Counted from the first letter of the stretch, positions 36,749 through 52,184 are shown. The stretch: 64,000 bases of DNA from Eledone cirrhosa (GCA_964016885.1 OZ024756.1:35898001-35962000); one strand, 5' to 3'. The notes: a model not told the origin generated them from the letters alone. Made by a program: numbers and translations.

Positions 36749-37224
36749 TTTTAATTTAAATGGGAACCCTTCAATCCTTTAGCATTTAAACTGGATGTAT
36801 CCGGCCAAAATTCTCTTACTTCTTTCTGTTCAAACTAATTATTCATACTTATGTTAAGGTATTGTTGTCAAAATAAATATCAAAATCTTGTAGATTCGAT
36901 AGTATGTGAGATAATTATGTGAGGTAAAGCCTTTACTGTGAAAATACAATAGTATATATATAGAGTAATATAAATGGTGAAGGGTTAACATGGACGGGCT
37001 TTGTTTTATAGAACCAATGCAGTGCTGGTTTTCACCAGGCTGGTATCAAAAGGGTTAAGACAGAAAGGGCACATTGGATGATGTTGTCCTAGTTATACTT
37101 TGACTGATTCATAGATGTGATGGTCATAGTCTTTCACAATAGATCTGTTAGCTCACAGCTGATTGGTGGCTACACAACAACATTAGTCTGCTAGTGTTCA
37201 GTCTCTAGTTTTATCAACTAAAAT

Positions 37225-38915
37225 AATTATCACCACCACCACCACCACTATCACCACCATCATTATCACCACCGCTACCACCATCATTATCACCACCACC
37301 ACCACCATCATTATCACCACCGCTACCATCATCATTATCACCACCACCACCACCATCATTATAACCACCGCCACCACCACCACCATCATTATCACCACCG
37401 CTACCACCATCATTATCACCACCACCACCACCACCATCATTATCACCACCGCTACCATCATCATTATCACCACCACCACCACCACCATCATTATAACCAC
37501 CGCCACCACCACCACCACCACCATCATTATCACCACCGCTACCACCATCATTATAACCACCACCACCACCACCACCACCACCATCATTATCACCACCGCT
37601 ACCATCATCATTATCACCACCACCATCACCATCACCCCATCATTATAACCACTACCACCACTGTCATTATCACCACTGTCATTATCATCATTATTATTGT
37701 CATTATAATCATCATCATTATCACCCTTCCCACCACCATTATCATTATCACATACCACCATTACCATTATTATTATCATTATAATCATAATTATCATCAC
37801 TTACCACCACAACAACCACCCGTCTCACCACCACGACAATGACCACCACCACCACCACCACCATTATCATCATCATCATCATTGCCCACCATCATCACCC
37901 CTCTCACCACCACCATCATCAGTATTACCACCACCACCACCACCATCACTCTCACCACCACCACCATCATCACTCTCACCACCACCACCATCATTACCAG
38001 CCACCACCACCACCACCACCATCACCACCATCATTATTACCATCACCATCATCACTCTCACCACCACCACCATCATTACCAGCCACCACCACCACCACCA
38101 CCACCACCACCACCACCACCACCACCACCACCACCACCACCACCACCATCATTATTACCATCACCATCATCACCATCACTATCACCACCACTACCATCAT
38201 CATTATTACCAGCCACCACCACCACCATCATCATTATTACCAGCCACCACCACCACCACCACCACCATCATTATTACCATCACCATCATCACTCTCACCA
38301 CCACCACCATCATTACCAGCCACCACCACCACCACCACCATCATTATTACCATCACCATCATCACCATCACTATCACCACCACTACCATCATCATTATTA
38401 CCAGCCACCACCACCACCACCATCATCATTATTACCAGCCACCACCACCACCACCATTATCATTATTACCAGCCACCACCACCACCACCACCATCATTAT
38501 TACCATCACCATCACTCTCACCACCACCACCATCATCATTATTACCAGCCACCACCACCACCACCACCATTATCATTATCATCAAAAAAATGAATGATTA
38601 GTTTGCAGTGTTGTATGTTGTGTGGTGAGTCAGTGATGGTTTATTGTTGGTTGTGGTGGTGGTGATGGTGGTAGTGATGGTTGTGGTTGTGTTGTTGGTG
38701 GTGGTGGTGATGGTAGTGGTGGTTGTGGTCGTGTTGGTGATGGTTGTGGTGGTTATTGTGGTAGTAATGGTTGTGATCGTGTTGGTTGTGGTGGTCGTGG
38801 TTGTGGTGGTGGTGATGGTTGTGGTGATGGTAGTGGTGGTGGTGATGGTGGTGGTGGTTGTGGTGGTTGTAATGGTGATGGTTGTTGTAGTGGTGGTTGT
38901 AGTGGTGGTGGTTCA
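37225..38915. repeat. (CAC/CAT)n arrays (37225-38583) followed by an opposite-sense (GGT/GTT/GAT)n array (38635-38915)
   Basis: Direct inspection. Confidence 0.9.
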
Positions 38916-39254
38916 TTCAATAGATTGTAACAGTCCAGTAGTTATCCTGTGTTGAGTGGTGTTCCACCAGAATATCTTTAACTAAAGTATCTTGGGTCGG
39001 TAGGTAGGAAGGTAGGTAGGTGACTGACCACTGGCGACCATTGAAGTGGTCAAGTGTTGACCACTTGTAACTGTGGAGCCAGTTGTGAGTGACCTCCTCT
39101 GCCACTGGACACATTCTACACAACTTCACACCATAACACTACACTGTAATAATTAGAGGGAAGTTAGATTAGAGAGGGGCTGGGTGAGGTGTGTGTGTGT
39201 GTATGATCATAATAGTGTGGTGAAGTGTTGGTGTAGTCAGATAGTATTTTATAG

Positions 39255-39285
<31 letters not shown>

Positions 39286-39579
39286 CAGGGTGTCCCTAAT
39301 ACATGTATACACTTATTTATTAGAATGCTGTTGAAGTGTGTATACATTTTTTTGGATACTCTCAATATACATGCACACACACACATACACGTATATATAT
39401 ATATGTATATATATATACACATATATGCACACACACACATGTATGCATGTGTGTGGTTTAGAAGTCCACTTTCGAAGCCTTTGGTTTCAGCTTTAGTCTC
39501 ACTGTGGAGCACCTTGAGCAAGTATTGTTTGCCTAGGTTATATATGTATGCATGTATATATATGCATGTATATATATAT

Positions 39580-39930
39580 GGAGGCACATGGCTTAGTGGT
39601 TAGAGCATTGGCCTTGCAATCGAAAGGTTGTGAGTTCAATTCTCAGACCGGGTGATGTGTTGTTTCCTTGAGCAAGACACTTTATTTCACGTTGCTCCAG
39701 TTTACTCAGCTGTAGAAATGAGATGATAGGGACTGGGGTCCCTATCATTCCACTGCAAAGTGGTCGTGGAGGTGCCACGGCAAAAAAGCACCCAGCACTC
39801 ACTGTAAATGAGGTTGGTGTTAGGAAGGGCATCCAGCTGTAGAAATAAAGGCTAGAATCAGTTCCCGTCCCACCCTTGCAAGCAGGGAAAAGCGGACGTA
39901 AAATGAAATGAAAATGAAAATGAAATGAAA
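39580..39930 (+). mobile_element. Young full-length tRNA-headed SINE
   Basis: ggaggcacatggcttagtggttagagcattgg...gagttcaattctc...ccttgagcaagacactt...gttggtgttaggaagggcatccagctgtag...gcggacgtaaaatg. Nearly identical copy at 58376-58711 and an internally deleted copy at 45858-46063. Confidence 0.88.
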
Positions 39931-39962
39931 TATGTATGTGTGTATATATATATTTATATATG

Positions 39963-40225
39963 TACAAAGAAAGTGTGGTAAGGAACCAGGTGGACCATAA
40001 CGCACCAGAGTACTCGATACTTAGGGCAGTAGAGTGGGTAATAGGAAAAGAGTCAGGACCCCGACGGCTGAGCTCCAGCCGTTTCGACAGCTAGATCCGA
40101 ACTCCTTGGTAATAGTGTTGGGATTAGAGTGTGGTATGGGTCAAAAAGTGTTCCACTACTACAGTTCAAATCTAGCTGTTGAAACAGCCGGAGCTCAGCC
40201 GTCGGGGTCCCGACTCTTTTCCTAT
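39963..40225 (-). mobile_element. Fold-back element with 3' half of a hammerhead and ~75-nt tail (family A)
   Basis: Inverted arms ~40041-40101 / 40164-40225. Minus strand GTC GAAA CGGCTG GAGCT CAGCCG TC GGGGTCC. Tail carries GTATCGAGTAC; flanked by TA/TG microsatellite. Confidence 0.7.
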
Positions 40226-40254
40226 GTGTATATGTATGTATGATTGTATGTATG

Positions 40255-40708
40255 ATTGTATGATGCCTGCATACGAACAGCAATGCTACATGGCAGTGAG
40301 ACATGGGCATTACGTGCAGAGGACCTGCGTAGACTGGAAAGGAACGAAGTATGCATGCTCCGTTGGATGTGTAATAGTAATATACGTGAACGGCAAAGCA
40401 TAAATGAACTAAGTGAGAAATTAGGAATAAGAGGGATCAGATGCTGTTTACTTGAGAGAAGACTACGTTGGTATGGTCACATGATGCGCATGAAAGACGA
40501 CAGCTGCATAAAAAAGTGCAGGGCGATCAAAATTGATGGTAATTACGGAGTAGGTAGACCCAGAAAAACCTGGGATGATCTGATAAATTCCGACCTCACA
40601 CACTTATATCTCTCTAAGATAATGTCACTGGACCGAGATCTTTGGCGCTACGCAGTAATACAGAAGACCCACCCTGCCTATGTACAAAGCGAAATCTACA
40701 GTCAGTAG
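40255..40708 (+). mobile_element. RTE-clade LINE 3' ORF fragment
   Basis: YDACIRTAMLHGSETWAL...LERNEVCMLRWMC...RRLRWYGHMMRM...GRPRKTWDDLINSDL. Confidence 0.9.
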
Positions 40709-41494
40709 GCACCTCTTAACCAAATATACACCCCTATCCACCACCCCTACCCTATCCTCCCACCAACAGCACGATAAAATGAGATCGAGTTCGTGTAGGT
40801 GTCACGACAAAACACACACAGTCCACGGTGTAATGTGGCCGTGTAGGTAACATGGTAAAAAGTTCCCAGTTCCACATTGTAAATGTGGTTGGTGTTAGGA
40901 AGGGCATCCAGCCGTAGAAAACCTGCCAGATAGTCCTATATGAGCGAGACACGGTCACCCGACCAGCCTTGCCTCAAGTGGGACAACTCCAATCTAACCC
41001 ATGTTAGCGTGGAAAATGGACGTTAAACGAAGATGATGATGATGTCTTCATACCCAAAACATTAAGACAGTGCATCTTTACCATACTGAGAAGCATGGGT
41101 TAACAGCAAGAAAGGCATTTAGTCAGAAGGACCACAGCCACAATTGCATGACATCTCTGGCTGATATTTTCATCATCAGGATCATTGTATATTACGGTAG
41201 CAAAGTAATCTAAGGCCCTTTCCACTACTACAGAAATTTCCCATGGATAAAGAGGAAAGGTTAACGAAGATAATTATTCTACCATCTTACCCTGTATAAT
41301 TATATTTCAGATTTGTGATTATAAAGCAAGGGTGTGGCTATCAATGGTAGATTTGAAGTAATTAGTGTTACAATTAACCCCGTCAGCTAATGAATGTTTA
41401 ATGATATAACTGTGGTCTTCGTGTGTAATCACTACATCTACTGCCCGCAGATATACACTTCTGTATCATAGAATTATTTCACTAAAATATATAA

Positions 41495-41557
<63 letters not shown>

Positions 41558-41562
<5 letters not shown>

Positions 41563-41754
41563 AGAATGTTTAACCCCGACGGTAGAGATCAAGCCGTTTT
41601 GATGGCTATTTCTGGACTACTACAGAAATAGCCGTCGAAACGGCTTGATCTCTGCCGTCGGGGTTAAACATTTTCCTATTACCCACTCTACTACCCTAAG
41701 TATTGAGTACTCTGGTGCGTTTGGTCCATCTGGTTCTTTACCACACCTTCTTTG

Positions 41755-41755
<1 letters not shown>
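41558..41755 (+). mobile_element. Fold-back element, family A
   Basis: 57-bp inverted arms 41558-41614 / 41623-41679 with 4 mismatches, then a tail with GTATTGAGTAC; inserted within pure (TA)n. Confidence 0.75.
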
Positions 41756-41807
<52 letters not shown>

Positions 41808-44517
41808 ATATATATACACATCATTTAAATTATATATATTTATATATATATATATCTGTGTGTGTGTATATATATATATTTGTATTATGTATGTATTTAT
41901 ATGTATTATGTATGTGTGTATATATATGTGTATTATGTATGTGTGTGTATACATATATATATGTATTATGTATGTGTGTATATATATGTGTATTATGTAT
42001 GTGTGTGTATACATATATATATGTATTATGTATGTGTGTATATATATGTATTATGTATGTGTATGTATACATATATATATATATATGTATTATGTGTGTG
42101 TATATATATATATGTATTGTGTGTGTGTGTATATATATATGTATTATGTATGTGTGTATATATATGTATTATGTATGTGTATACATATATATATGTATTA
42201 TGTATGTGTGTATATTTATATATGTATTGTGTGTGGATATATATATGTACTATGTATATATATGAGAAAGAAAGTGTGTGCGTGTGTGCATGCGTGCACA
42301 CACGCACCTTTTAAACCATTTTAATCTCTTTCACTGCATGTATGTATGTATGTATGTATGTTTGTATGTCTGTATGTTTGTTTGTATGTATGTATGTTTG
42401 TTTGTTTGTATGTCTGTAGCCCTCTAAACAAACATGCAGACACACAGACACACACACATACACATACAGACTCACACACACACATGCCCCCGATATACAG
42501 TTGCAGATGTAGACATTCACAGCTGCATGCACAAACATGCAGACTGCTGATGTAATTGTGCAGATATGCAGATATGAACAAATGTAACCACACGTGTGTA
42601 CCATTGTACTGTTGCAACCATTGTATTGATGAAAATTTCTTAGGGGTGCTTTCTGCATGGAGAAGGTGTAGCTAAATAATGGCTAACATGCAAAATGTAG
42701 TCGGCCAAAACATGAGAATTATCATTAGCTCCTATGATTTTTCTTTTCATTACAGGTGTAAAAGTGTTAGTTTATTAACCCTTTAGCATTTACATTACTC
42801 TATATTTACTATATTTTCATGGTAAAGGCTTTATGTCACATAATTATCCCACATAATATTGAATCTATGAGATTTTGATATTATTTATTTTGAGAACAAT
42901 ACCTTAACATCAGTATGAGTGGCTGGTTACGGCTGGTTTGAACAGAAAGAGGTGAGAGAACTCTGGCCGGAGACGGCCGGTTTAAATGCTAAAGGATTAA
43001 CCTACCTGTATAAAGCTAGTGAAAGGTTCAGGCCAGGGGTGTAAAATATGTTTCCAATGTTGGTAACTGACTTAGGCCATGGGCAAAATTTAGCCCCTTC
43101 CCCCAGCCTAAAGCTGGTAATAGGCCCGGGCCAGATGGAAGATGTAGGCCTACAATCTGGCCAGAATTCTCTCACCTTTTTTGTTCAAACCAACCGTAAC
43201 AGGCCACTCATACTGATGTTAAGGTATTGTTCTCAAAATAAATAACATCAAAATCTCATAGATTCGATATTATGTGAGGTAAAGCCTTTACTACAAAAAT
43301 AATTGTTTCTACTTTTTGGCACAAGGCCAGCAATTACCCAGTGCATTACTGGTACTTTATTTTATCGACCCCGTAAGGATGAAAGGCAAAGTTAACCTCG
43401 GCGGTATTTGAACTCAGAATGGCAAGGGCCGTAACTCTATGCATCAAAGCATGGCGTCCGACCCTCTACCGATACTGCCAATCCAACAAAAATAATTGTT
43501 TCTACTTTAGGCACAAGGCCAGCAATTATCAGTGCATTACTGGTACTTTATTTTATCGACCCCGTAAGGATGAAAGGCAAAAATAATGTATATATATAGA
43601 GAGAGAACAATGTAGATGCTAAAGGGTTAAACCCAGGTCAAATGTAAAATGCAGTTCCCCTCCTGGCAGGTAAAAGACTCAAGGTAGATTTAAAGTGTAT
43701 AAATGTAGTCACTATTTCAAACTACTCATTAAGTATTTTAGTGATCAGAGCTCAATACATAAGATAGAGTTTCGGGCATATACATGTGTATAGTGTGATG
43801 GTGACAATGGTGGTGGTGATGGTGGTGATGATGATGGTAGTGGTGGTACAGGTGATGGTGAATGTGATGGTGGTGATGATGATGGTAGTGGTGGTGATGA
43901 CAGTGTTAAAGTTTGTGATGGTAGTGGTGGTACAGTTGATGGTGAATGTGATTGTGGCAGTGATGGTGGTGATGATGATGATGGTGGTGGTGGTGGTGGG
44001 AATAATTGTGAGGAGGCAGTACTATCACCGACATCTTCTTTCTTCACCTTCCCTCTTCCTCTTCTAGACTGACAGTCAGGCAGTACTGGTGGTGATGGTG
44101 GGGTTACCAGCCCCAGTATCTTCACCAGTCTTTTCTCCCTCAATATTCTTCTTACTGTCAGGGTTACTGTTGGTGGGTTTAAACAGCATCAGTCTTACTT
44201 CCCCCACCAGAAAGTTTAAAGACCTCCTAAGATTGGTGACAGTTGTTCTACTGAAGTAACTAACTTCAGTCTATTATTCTCTATATGGTATCTATTACAC
44301 CTTACCACACACCCACACAGTTTCACCATTTTTTTCCTCTGGCATTGAAGAGAGACACCCACCTCTTTCTCATATACACACACACACACCACATGGCAAA
44401 ACACACCCTCTTATATATCATATAATATATACACAGATTATATATATATATATATTCAGATTATATATATATATATACACAGATTATATATATATATATT
44501 CATTTTGTTTACAGTAT

Positions 44518-44648
44518 ATATTCATTTTATTAAGACTAAATAGTGTGTGGAACTCCAGAGTAACAAGACTCACTATTTACTCTTAATAAAATGAATATTT
44601 AAATTCTACTCCAGTACTGAGTACCCTTTTCTCTCAACTATCAACTGT
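44518..44648 (+). mobile_element. Fold-back element with GTACTGAGTAC tail (same architecture as family A, different sequence)
   Basis: 31-bp inverted arms 44518-44548 / 44568-44598 with 2 mismatches, then a ~50-nt tail and (TA)n. Confidence 0.5.
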
Positions 44649-44871
44649 ATATATATATATATATATATATATTGTTTCTACTTTTAAGGAGGCCACCAAC
44701 TACTCAGTGCATTACTGGTACTATAATAGTATATATATATATATATATATATATACTATGTGTCTGTATGTATATATATAATGGATGTGTTTTCTGTATA
44801 ATCATACATATGAACAGTGAGTCATTCACTGAATTGTGTGGATTATATTTTACAAAGAAAAAAAATTGGCG

Positions 44872-44919
44872 ACAGTGACTTCGAAGTTTCAGCTGCAGTG
44901 AGCCTCGTCAGAGTACTAC
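44872..44919 (-). ncRNA. Minimal hammerhead core with palindromic stem III; stem I degenerate
   Basis: Minus strand CTGACGA GGCT CACTGC AGCT GAAA CTTCGAAG TC; ACTTCGAAGT is a perfect palindrome. Confidence 0.55.
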
Positions 44920-45771
44920 ACAGACAGATACATACACATGCTCATTCATACATACACACCCTTATGCACATATGTTCACATGACTCTATGCTGTAAATCA
45001 AAATGCAGCACACATAATAATGATGATGATGATGTCTGTTGTTGTTGTTATCCCCCACCCCGTCTCCAACTAGTGAATCAACCTGGCACCCATGAGGAAG
45101 TGACCAGAGGTCACCAAATGTCACTCCACACACACAATTGACCCAAGATATACCTTACTGAGGAGTGGTCACATTTTGGGGCAAATCAGGTGAGAGAATT
45201 CTGATACTACATGTAGTGACAACATACTCACCTCTTTCTTCCTTGTGTATGTGTATATATAGGTGTGTGTATGTGTGTGTGTGTGTGTGTGTATGTAGGT
45301 GTATGTGTGTGTGTGTGTATGTAGGTGTATGTGTGTATGTGTGTGTGTATAAAGGTGTGTGTGTATGTGTATGTAGGTGTGTATATGTAGCTGTGTGTAT
45401 ATAGGTATGTGTGTGTGTGTATAAAGGTGTATGTGTATGTAGGTGTGTATATGTAGCTGTGTGTATATAGGTATGTGTGTGTGTGCGTGAATGTAGGTGT
45501 GTATGTGTCTATGTATGTGTGTGTGTGTGTAGGTGTATGTATATAGGTGTAATATGTATGTAGGTGTGTGTGTGTGTGTGTGTATTTTGTATCACTTGTT
45601 TATTCATTCATATCCACTCCAGTACTTATTTTATCAATCTCTTTTGTGTCGAACCTCTAAGTTACCAGACATAAACAAACAAGTAAATATAAACACAGGC
45701 ATTGATAATACTTATGCACATGTGAGTACGTGTCTGTATGTGTGTATATATATTATATATATATATATATA

Positions 45772-45848
45772 CAGGGTGTCCCAAAAATGTATACACACTT
45801 TGATTAGAATGCTGTTGAAGTATGTATACATTTTGGGGGGATACCCTG
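45772..45848. mobile_element. Tc1/mariner-type MITE (~77 bp) with TA target site
   Basis: TA-CAGGGTGTCCCAAAAATGTATAC...GTATACATTTTGGGGGGATACCCTG-TA. Copies at 39286-39364 and 52688-52765. Confidence 0.75.
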
Positions 45849-46706
45849 TATATATAAAGGCACATGGCTTAGGGTCCCTATCATTCCACTGCAAAGTGGT
45901 CGTATAAGCGCCACGGAAAAAAAGCACCCAGCACTCATTGTAAATGAGGTTGGTGTTAGGAAGGGCATCCAGCTGTAGAAATCAAGCCAGAATCAGTTCC
46001 GGTCCCACCCTTGCAAGCAGGGAAAAAGCGGACGTAAAATGATGATGATGATGATGATGATGATATATAATTTATATTAATGATCTTGCCGAGGGGTGTG
46101 TCGGTGTGTAACCTCTCAAAGTCTGGAGCGGAAACATGCTGAAACTGCCTGCGCTCGAGGTAGGACTTCTACCACGTTAATATACCCATGCATTGAGTAC
46201 TACTATGATATCTGGTCTTACTGGTCTTCACATCACACACACACATTTATATATATATGATCCATAGTATACAGCTGACGAAGGGCAACTTTTCTTCTCT
46301 TATCTACGTCCCTATTACCTTCTTACACTTTGTTTTCAGCCTGACTCTTTACCTGTATTTTTATATATATATATATAATTGTTTCTACTTTTGGCACAAG
46401 GCCAGCAATTATCCCAGTGCATTACTGGTACTTTATTTTATCGACCCCGTAAGGATGAAAGGCAAAGTTAACCTCGGTGGGATTTGAACTCAGAATGGCA
46501 AGGGCCGTAACTCTATGCGTCAAAGCATGGCATCCGACCCTCTACCGATACTGCCAACCCACTGGGCTTCCATACAGTTGCCATCACCAAAGTATTGATT
46601 GATTTGAGGTTATAGAGACATTTGCCCAATATTCCACACAGTGGGTGTGTACCTGAAACCACATGGTTGTGAAGCAAGCTGCTGAACCACACAGCCATGC
46701 CTATAC

Positions 46707-46750
<44 letters not shown>

Positions 46751-46918
46751 ACATGTATGTGTGTATACCTATCTATCTATTATCTGTTTATACATGTATG
46801 TGTGTATATCTATCTATCTACCTATTTATCTATATGCGTGTGTGTGTGTGTGTGTGTGTGTATCAATATCTGTGTTTTATTTTGTTTCATTTACACACAC
46901 ATATATATATATATATGT

Positions 46919-46972
<54 letters not shown>

Positions 46973-47105
46973 TATGTGATGTTTGTCTCTTTCTTTCATA
47001 TATATATACACACACATATATATGTGTATGTGTATCTATATATACATATATATATATCTATCTATATATATATATATATATATCTATATCTATCTATCTA
47101 TCTAG

Positions 47106-47139
<34 letters not shown>

Positions 47140-47141
47140 AG

Positions 47142-47173
<32 letters not shown>

Positions 47174-47175
47174 AG

Positions 47176-47217
<42 letters not shown>

Positions 47218-47219
47218 AG

Positions 47220-47257
<38 letters not shown>

Positions 47258-47259
47258 AG

Positions 47260-47349
<90 letters not shown>

Positions 47350-47473
47350 CTATATATATATATAGCTATATATATATAGAGATATACACAGTTTATGTGA
47401 TGTTTGTCTCTTTCTTTCATATATATATACACACACATATATATATGTATGTGTATGTCTATCTATCTATCTA

Positions 47474-47792
47474 CCCCAGCAAGTTTTATGAAAGGTGGGT
47501 GAAAGTGGCGAGAATGGCCCGAGTGAATGGGCCTTCTCTCTATGTCAGCCTGTAGGTTGAGGAAAAGGAGGAGGAGAGGAAAGGAGTACAAGCTCTTCGT
47601 ACTCCTGGAGATGAGGGTTGCACATTTTTTTTCGGGGGTATGTGTTACCCATATAAACTGTCTCCCTCTATTGGGGAAAATCGACTAACTTTTAAATTCC
47701 ATCTGTGATAACATTTTACACGTTTTTATTGTATGTAAACTTCCCCCTTTGTATTTGTCCCCTTCTTTTGTGCCCCTGTGGCTAATAAAGAA
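47474..47792 (+). mobile_element. Tx1/L1-like retrotransposon 3' end inserted in TATC/TA microsatellite
   Basis: [26 protein letters not shown] is homologous to the 13042 ORF end; the element ends gcccctgtggctaataaag. Confidence 0.7.
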
Positions 47793-47799
47793 ATATATC

Positions 47800-47831
<32 letters not shown>

Positions 47832-47859
47832 TATATATATGTATGTCTATCTATCTATC

Positions 47860-47891
<32 letters not shown>

Positions 47892-48055
47892 TATATACCC
47901 CCAATCAGTTTATGTCAACACTGTCCTACAGCTACATATGTTTAGTTATAAATTACTCCCTACTACAATTTCAGATTAAGGGTGGGAGAGAAAGGTGTAT
48001 TTCTGTGTGTGTGTGACTCTCTCTCTCTCTGTGTGTGTGTGTGTGGCTATATCTA

Positions 48056-48098
<43 letters not shown>

Positions 48099-48286
48099 CT
48101 ATATCTATGTTTGTGTATGTGTGTGGTTGTATGGATATGAGAGGAGGTAAGTGTTAGGGTGGAGCAGTATTTGATGTTATTTTGCTGTCTTCATTTCTTA
48201 ACAAAACAAATCTTACTACCAACTTCTACCTGAACACTGTCACAGCACACACATATATATACACATACACACACTTATATATATAT

Positions 48287-48621
<335 letters not shown>

Positions 48622-48804
48622 ACACACTGTCACAGTATGCATTATATACAAATACATCTACACACACACACACACACATATATATATACACTCACACAGT
48701 CATGGTTTGAATATACAATAGACACATATACATGTCCACACACATGCATGAATTTACAAACTTAGACACACACATTGTCACAGCATGCATTTATATACAT
48801 ATAC

Positions 48805-49215
48805 ATGTACACACAGTCATAACATGCACATATATACATACACACACACAGTCATGGCATGCATATATATATAATCACACACACAGTCATAACATGCACA
48901 TATATACATACACACACACGGTCATGGCATGCACATATATACATACACACACAGTTATAACATGCACATATATACATACACACACAGTTATAACATGCAC
49001 ATATATACATACACACACAGTTATAACATGCACATATAGACACATAAACACACACAGTCATGGCATGCACATATATACATACACACACAGTCATAACATG
49101 CACATATAGATGCATAAACACACACAATCATGCCATGCACATATATACATACACACACAGTCATAACATGCACATATAGATGCATAAACACACACAATCA
49201 TGCCATGCACATATA
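48805..49215. repeat. ~32-34 bp CA/TA-derived minisatellite
   Basis: cacacagtcataacatgcacatatatacataca repeated about 12 times. Confidence 0.85.
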
Positions 49216-49341
49216 GACACATACACACACACACACACAATGCATGTACTTTGTTTTTACCCGAGTACATGACTTAGGATATTTATATATGTTTGTATGG
49301 TTATCTATTTATATATATATGCGTGTATATATATATGTGCA

Positions 49342-49402
<61 letters not shown>

Positions 49403-49720
49403 GTGTTTATGTGTGTGTGTATGTATATATGTATATGTGTGTGTATGTATATGAGTATGTATGTTTATGTGTGCATGTATATATGTATATAATTGTGTAT
49501 ATATGTATATATATGTGTGTATGTACATGTATATAAAAGTGTATATGTGTGTGTATGTATATGTACATATATATATATATGTGTGTGTCTATATTTGTGT
49601 ATATATATGTATATGTGTATAACTGTATATATATCATCACTGTTTAAATATATATATATATATATATGTTTATGAGTATATATGTGTGTATTTAGATGTA
49701 TGTATGTGTATTTTTTTATG

Positions 49721-49776
<56 letters not shown>

Positions 49777-49824
49777 CATATAAATGTACATACACATACA
49801 TACATGTAAATACACACATATATA

Positions 49825-49893
<69 letters not shown>

Positions 49894-50045
49894 TATATAC
49901 ACTCACATGCACACACATACTTATATATATATATATATATATACATACACTCACACACACACACTCATATATATATATATATATATATACACTCACATGC
50001 ACACACACACACATATATATATATATACACTCACATACTCATATA

Positions 50046-50081
<36 letters not shown>

Positions 50082-50223
50082 TAGGTACTTAGATACACAC
50101 AGACAGACGCACCCTCCCACCTAACTTTCCATAATGGTTAATTGCAATATTGAGAAAGTGTTGTGTCTCAGCTGGAAGTCTGTTTGTCTGTCTTTAGAAG
50201 GTGTGTGTGTATATATGTGTGTG

Positions 50224-50262
<39 letters not shown>

Positions 50263-50437
50263 CTATGTGATGGGGGTGGGGGGGACATCCCTTATCTCTC
50301 TCACTCCTTCTACACCTCCCCCCACCCCCCATCTTTGAGGTTTAGTGAAAGTCAAGTGAGATTTGATAAATGAAGAGAGGATGTGGAAGTGTATATAAGC
50401 TTTTTAACTGGAACCATGTGTATATACACCTGGTTGG

Positions 50438-50478
<41 letters not shown>

Positions 50479-51434
50479 GATATATATATATGAATATGTG
50501 TGTATGTGTATAATAATAATAATAATGATAATGAAAATATTGTGTACAGTGCTCAGGTGCACTACAACTCATCAACATGAATGTGTGTGTATGTATATAT
50601 ATGAGTGTGTGTGTGTATCATCATTTAACATTCTTCCTGAATATATACACCTGATATACATAATCTCATCTACAAAATGCATCTGTTTCTGCATGTACCT
50701 ATGTGTGTGTGTGTATATATATATATATGCACACATATATAATGTGTGTGTGTGTGTGTGCGTGTGCATATCTACATTGTGTGTGTGTATTGTGCTGCAG
50801 CTGGCCATGTCCCACCTACACTGGGGATGGCTATATCTTATCTCATGATAGATACAGTCTCCTTGATGCAACACACACACACACACACACACAAACTGCC
50901 CAGGTATAAACATACATATCCACTAACAGATATAAACACATATACACGTATAAATACATGTGTACACAAAACATATATATATATATATATGCACAGACAT
51001 CCACCATACAGATAAAGGGCTGAGTTCAAATCCCACCGAGGTTAACTTTGTCTTCCTTACGGGGTTGATGAAATAAAGCATCAGTAATAATTGTTTCTAC
51101 TTTTGGCACAAGGCCAGCAAATACCCCAGTGTCTTACTGGTACTTTTTTATCGACCCCGTAAGGATGAAAGGCAAAGTTAACCTCGGCGAGATTTGAACT
51201 CAGAATGGCAAGGGCCGTAACTCTATGCGTCAAAGCATGGCGTCTGACCCTCTACCGATACTGCCAATCCATGCGCTACCAATAATAATAAGCATGGGTT
51301 AGATGGCAAGTTTTCATTGTTTATTCAGGTGTGACACGCACGTTGTGATTGATCAGCTCCAGGTTTGATCTCTGCTGATCGGGCCCGACTCTGGAATCAA
51401 AAGCTCATCAGACTTCTGTTAATGCAATGACTGA

Positions 51435-51492
<58 letters not shown>

Positions 51493-51734
51493 TTATATAT
51501 ATATATATATATCATTTTACATCCGCTTTTCCATGCTTTTCACAAAAAAACAAAACACACAGTCCATGCTGTAAATGTGGTTGGTGTTAGGAAGGGCATC
51601 CAACCGTAGATTATTTGCCAGATAGTCCTATACAAGTGAGACACAGTCATCCGACCATTCTTGCCTCAAGTGGGACAATTCCCTTCTAACCCATGCTAGC
51701 ATGGAAGATAGACGTTAAACGATGATGATGATGA

Positions 51735-51801
<67 letters not shown>

Positions 51802-51877
51802 TAGAATATTCCAGTGAATTTCCAAGTATGATTTTCCTGGGTATGTCTCTATTTATAAAACAAACTTTGTATTTTTG

Positions 51878-51940
51878 TATTTTATCTGAGGAAAGCGTAC
51901 CAAAGTGTTTTGGTGCCCTTGAAATATATATAATAGAATA
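51878..51940 (+). ncRNA. Type I hammerhead ribozyme motif (palindromic minimal stem III)
   Basis: Stem I TATTTTAT / CTGAGGA / stem II AAGCGTACCAAA GTGT TTTGGTGCCCTT / GAAA / TATATA / TA / stem I' ATAGAATA. Predicted cleavage after 51932; homologous to 31154. Confidence 0.78.
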
Positions 51941-52004
51941 AATATGGTTTTATAAATATAGTTTCCATTTATTTAATATCATTGAATATCATTGTATATG
52001 TATG

Positions 52005-52091
<87 letters not shown>

Positions 52092-52184
52092 CCCTCTGTT
52101 TTGCTGCTCTGAGCTTCACAGGTTTTTGCTGATCATGCAACTTTTTTCTCTTTTTTTGGAAACCCAAACATACAGAGGCAGGAT

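Noticed and set aside
39580-39655. SINE heads as tRNA genes (also 4515, 58376, 1392)
   Set aside because: A and B boxes are present, but the acceptor stems do not pair and the sequence continues into a SINE body and tail.
46268-46358. ATACAG CTGACGA AGGG ... CTGTAT as a hammerhead
   Set aside because: Stem I-like ends are present but there is no GAAA/stem III core.
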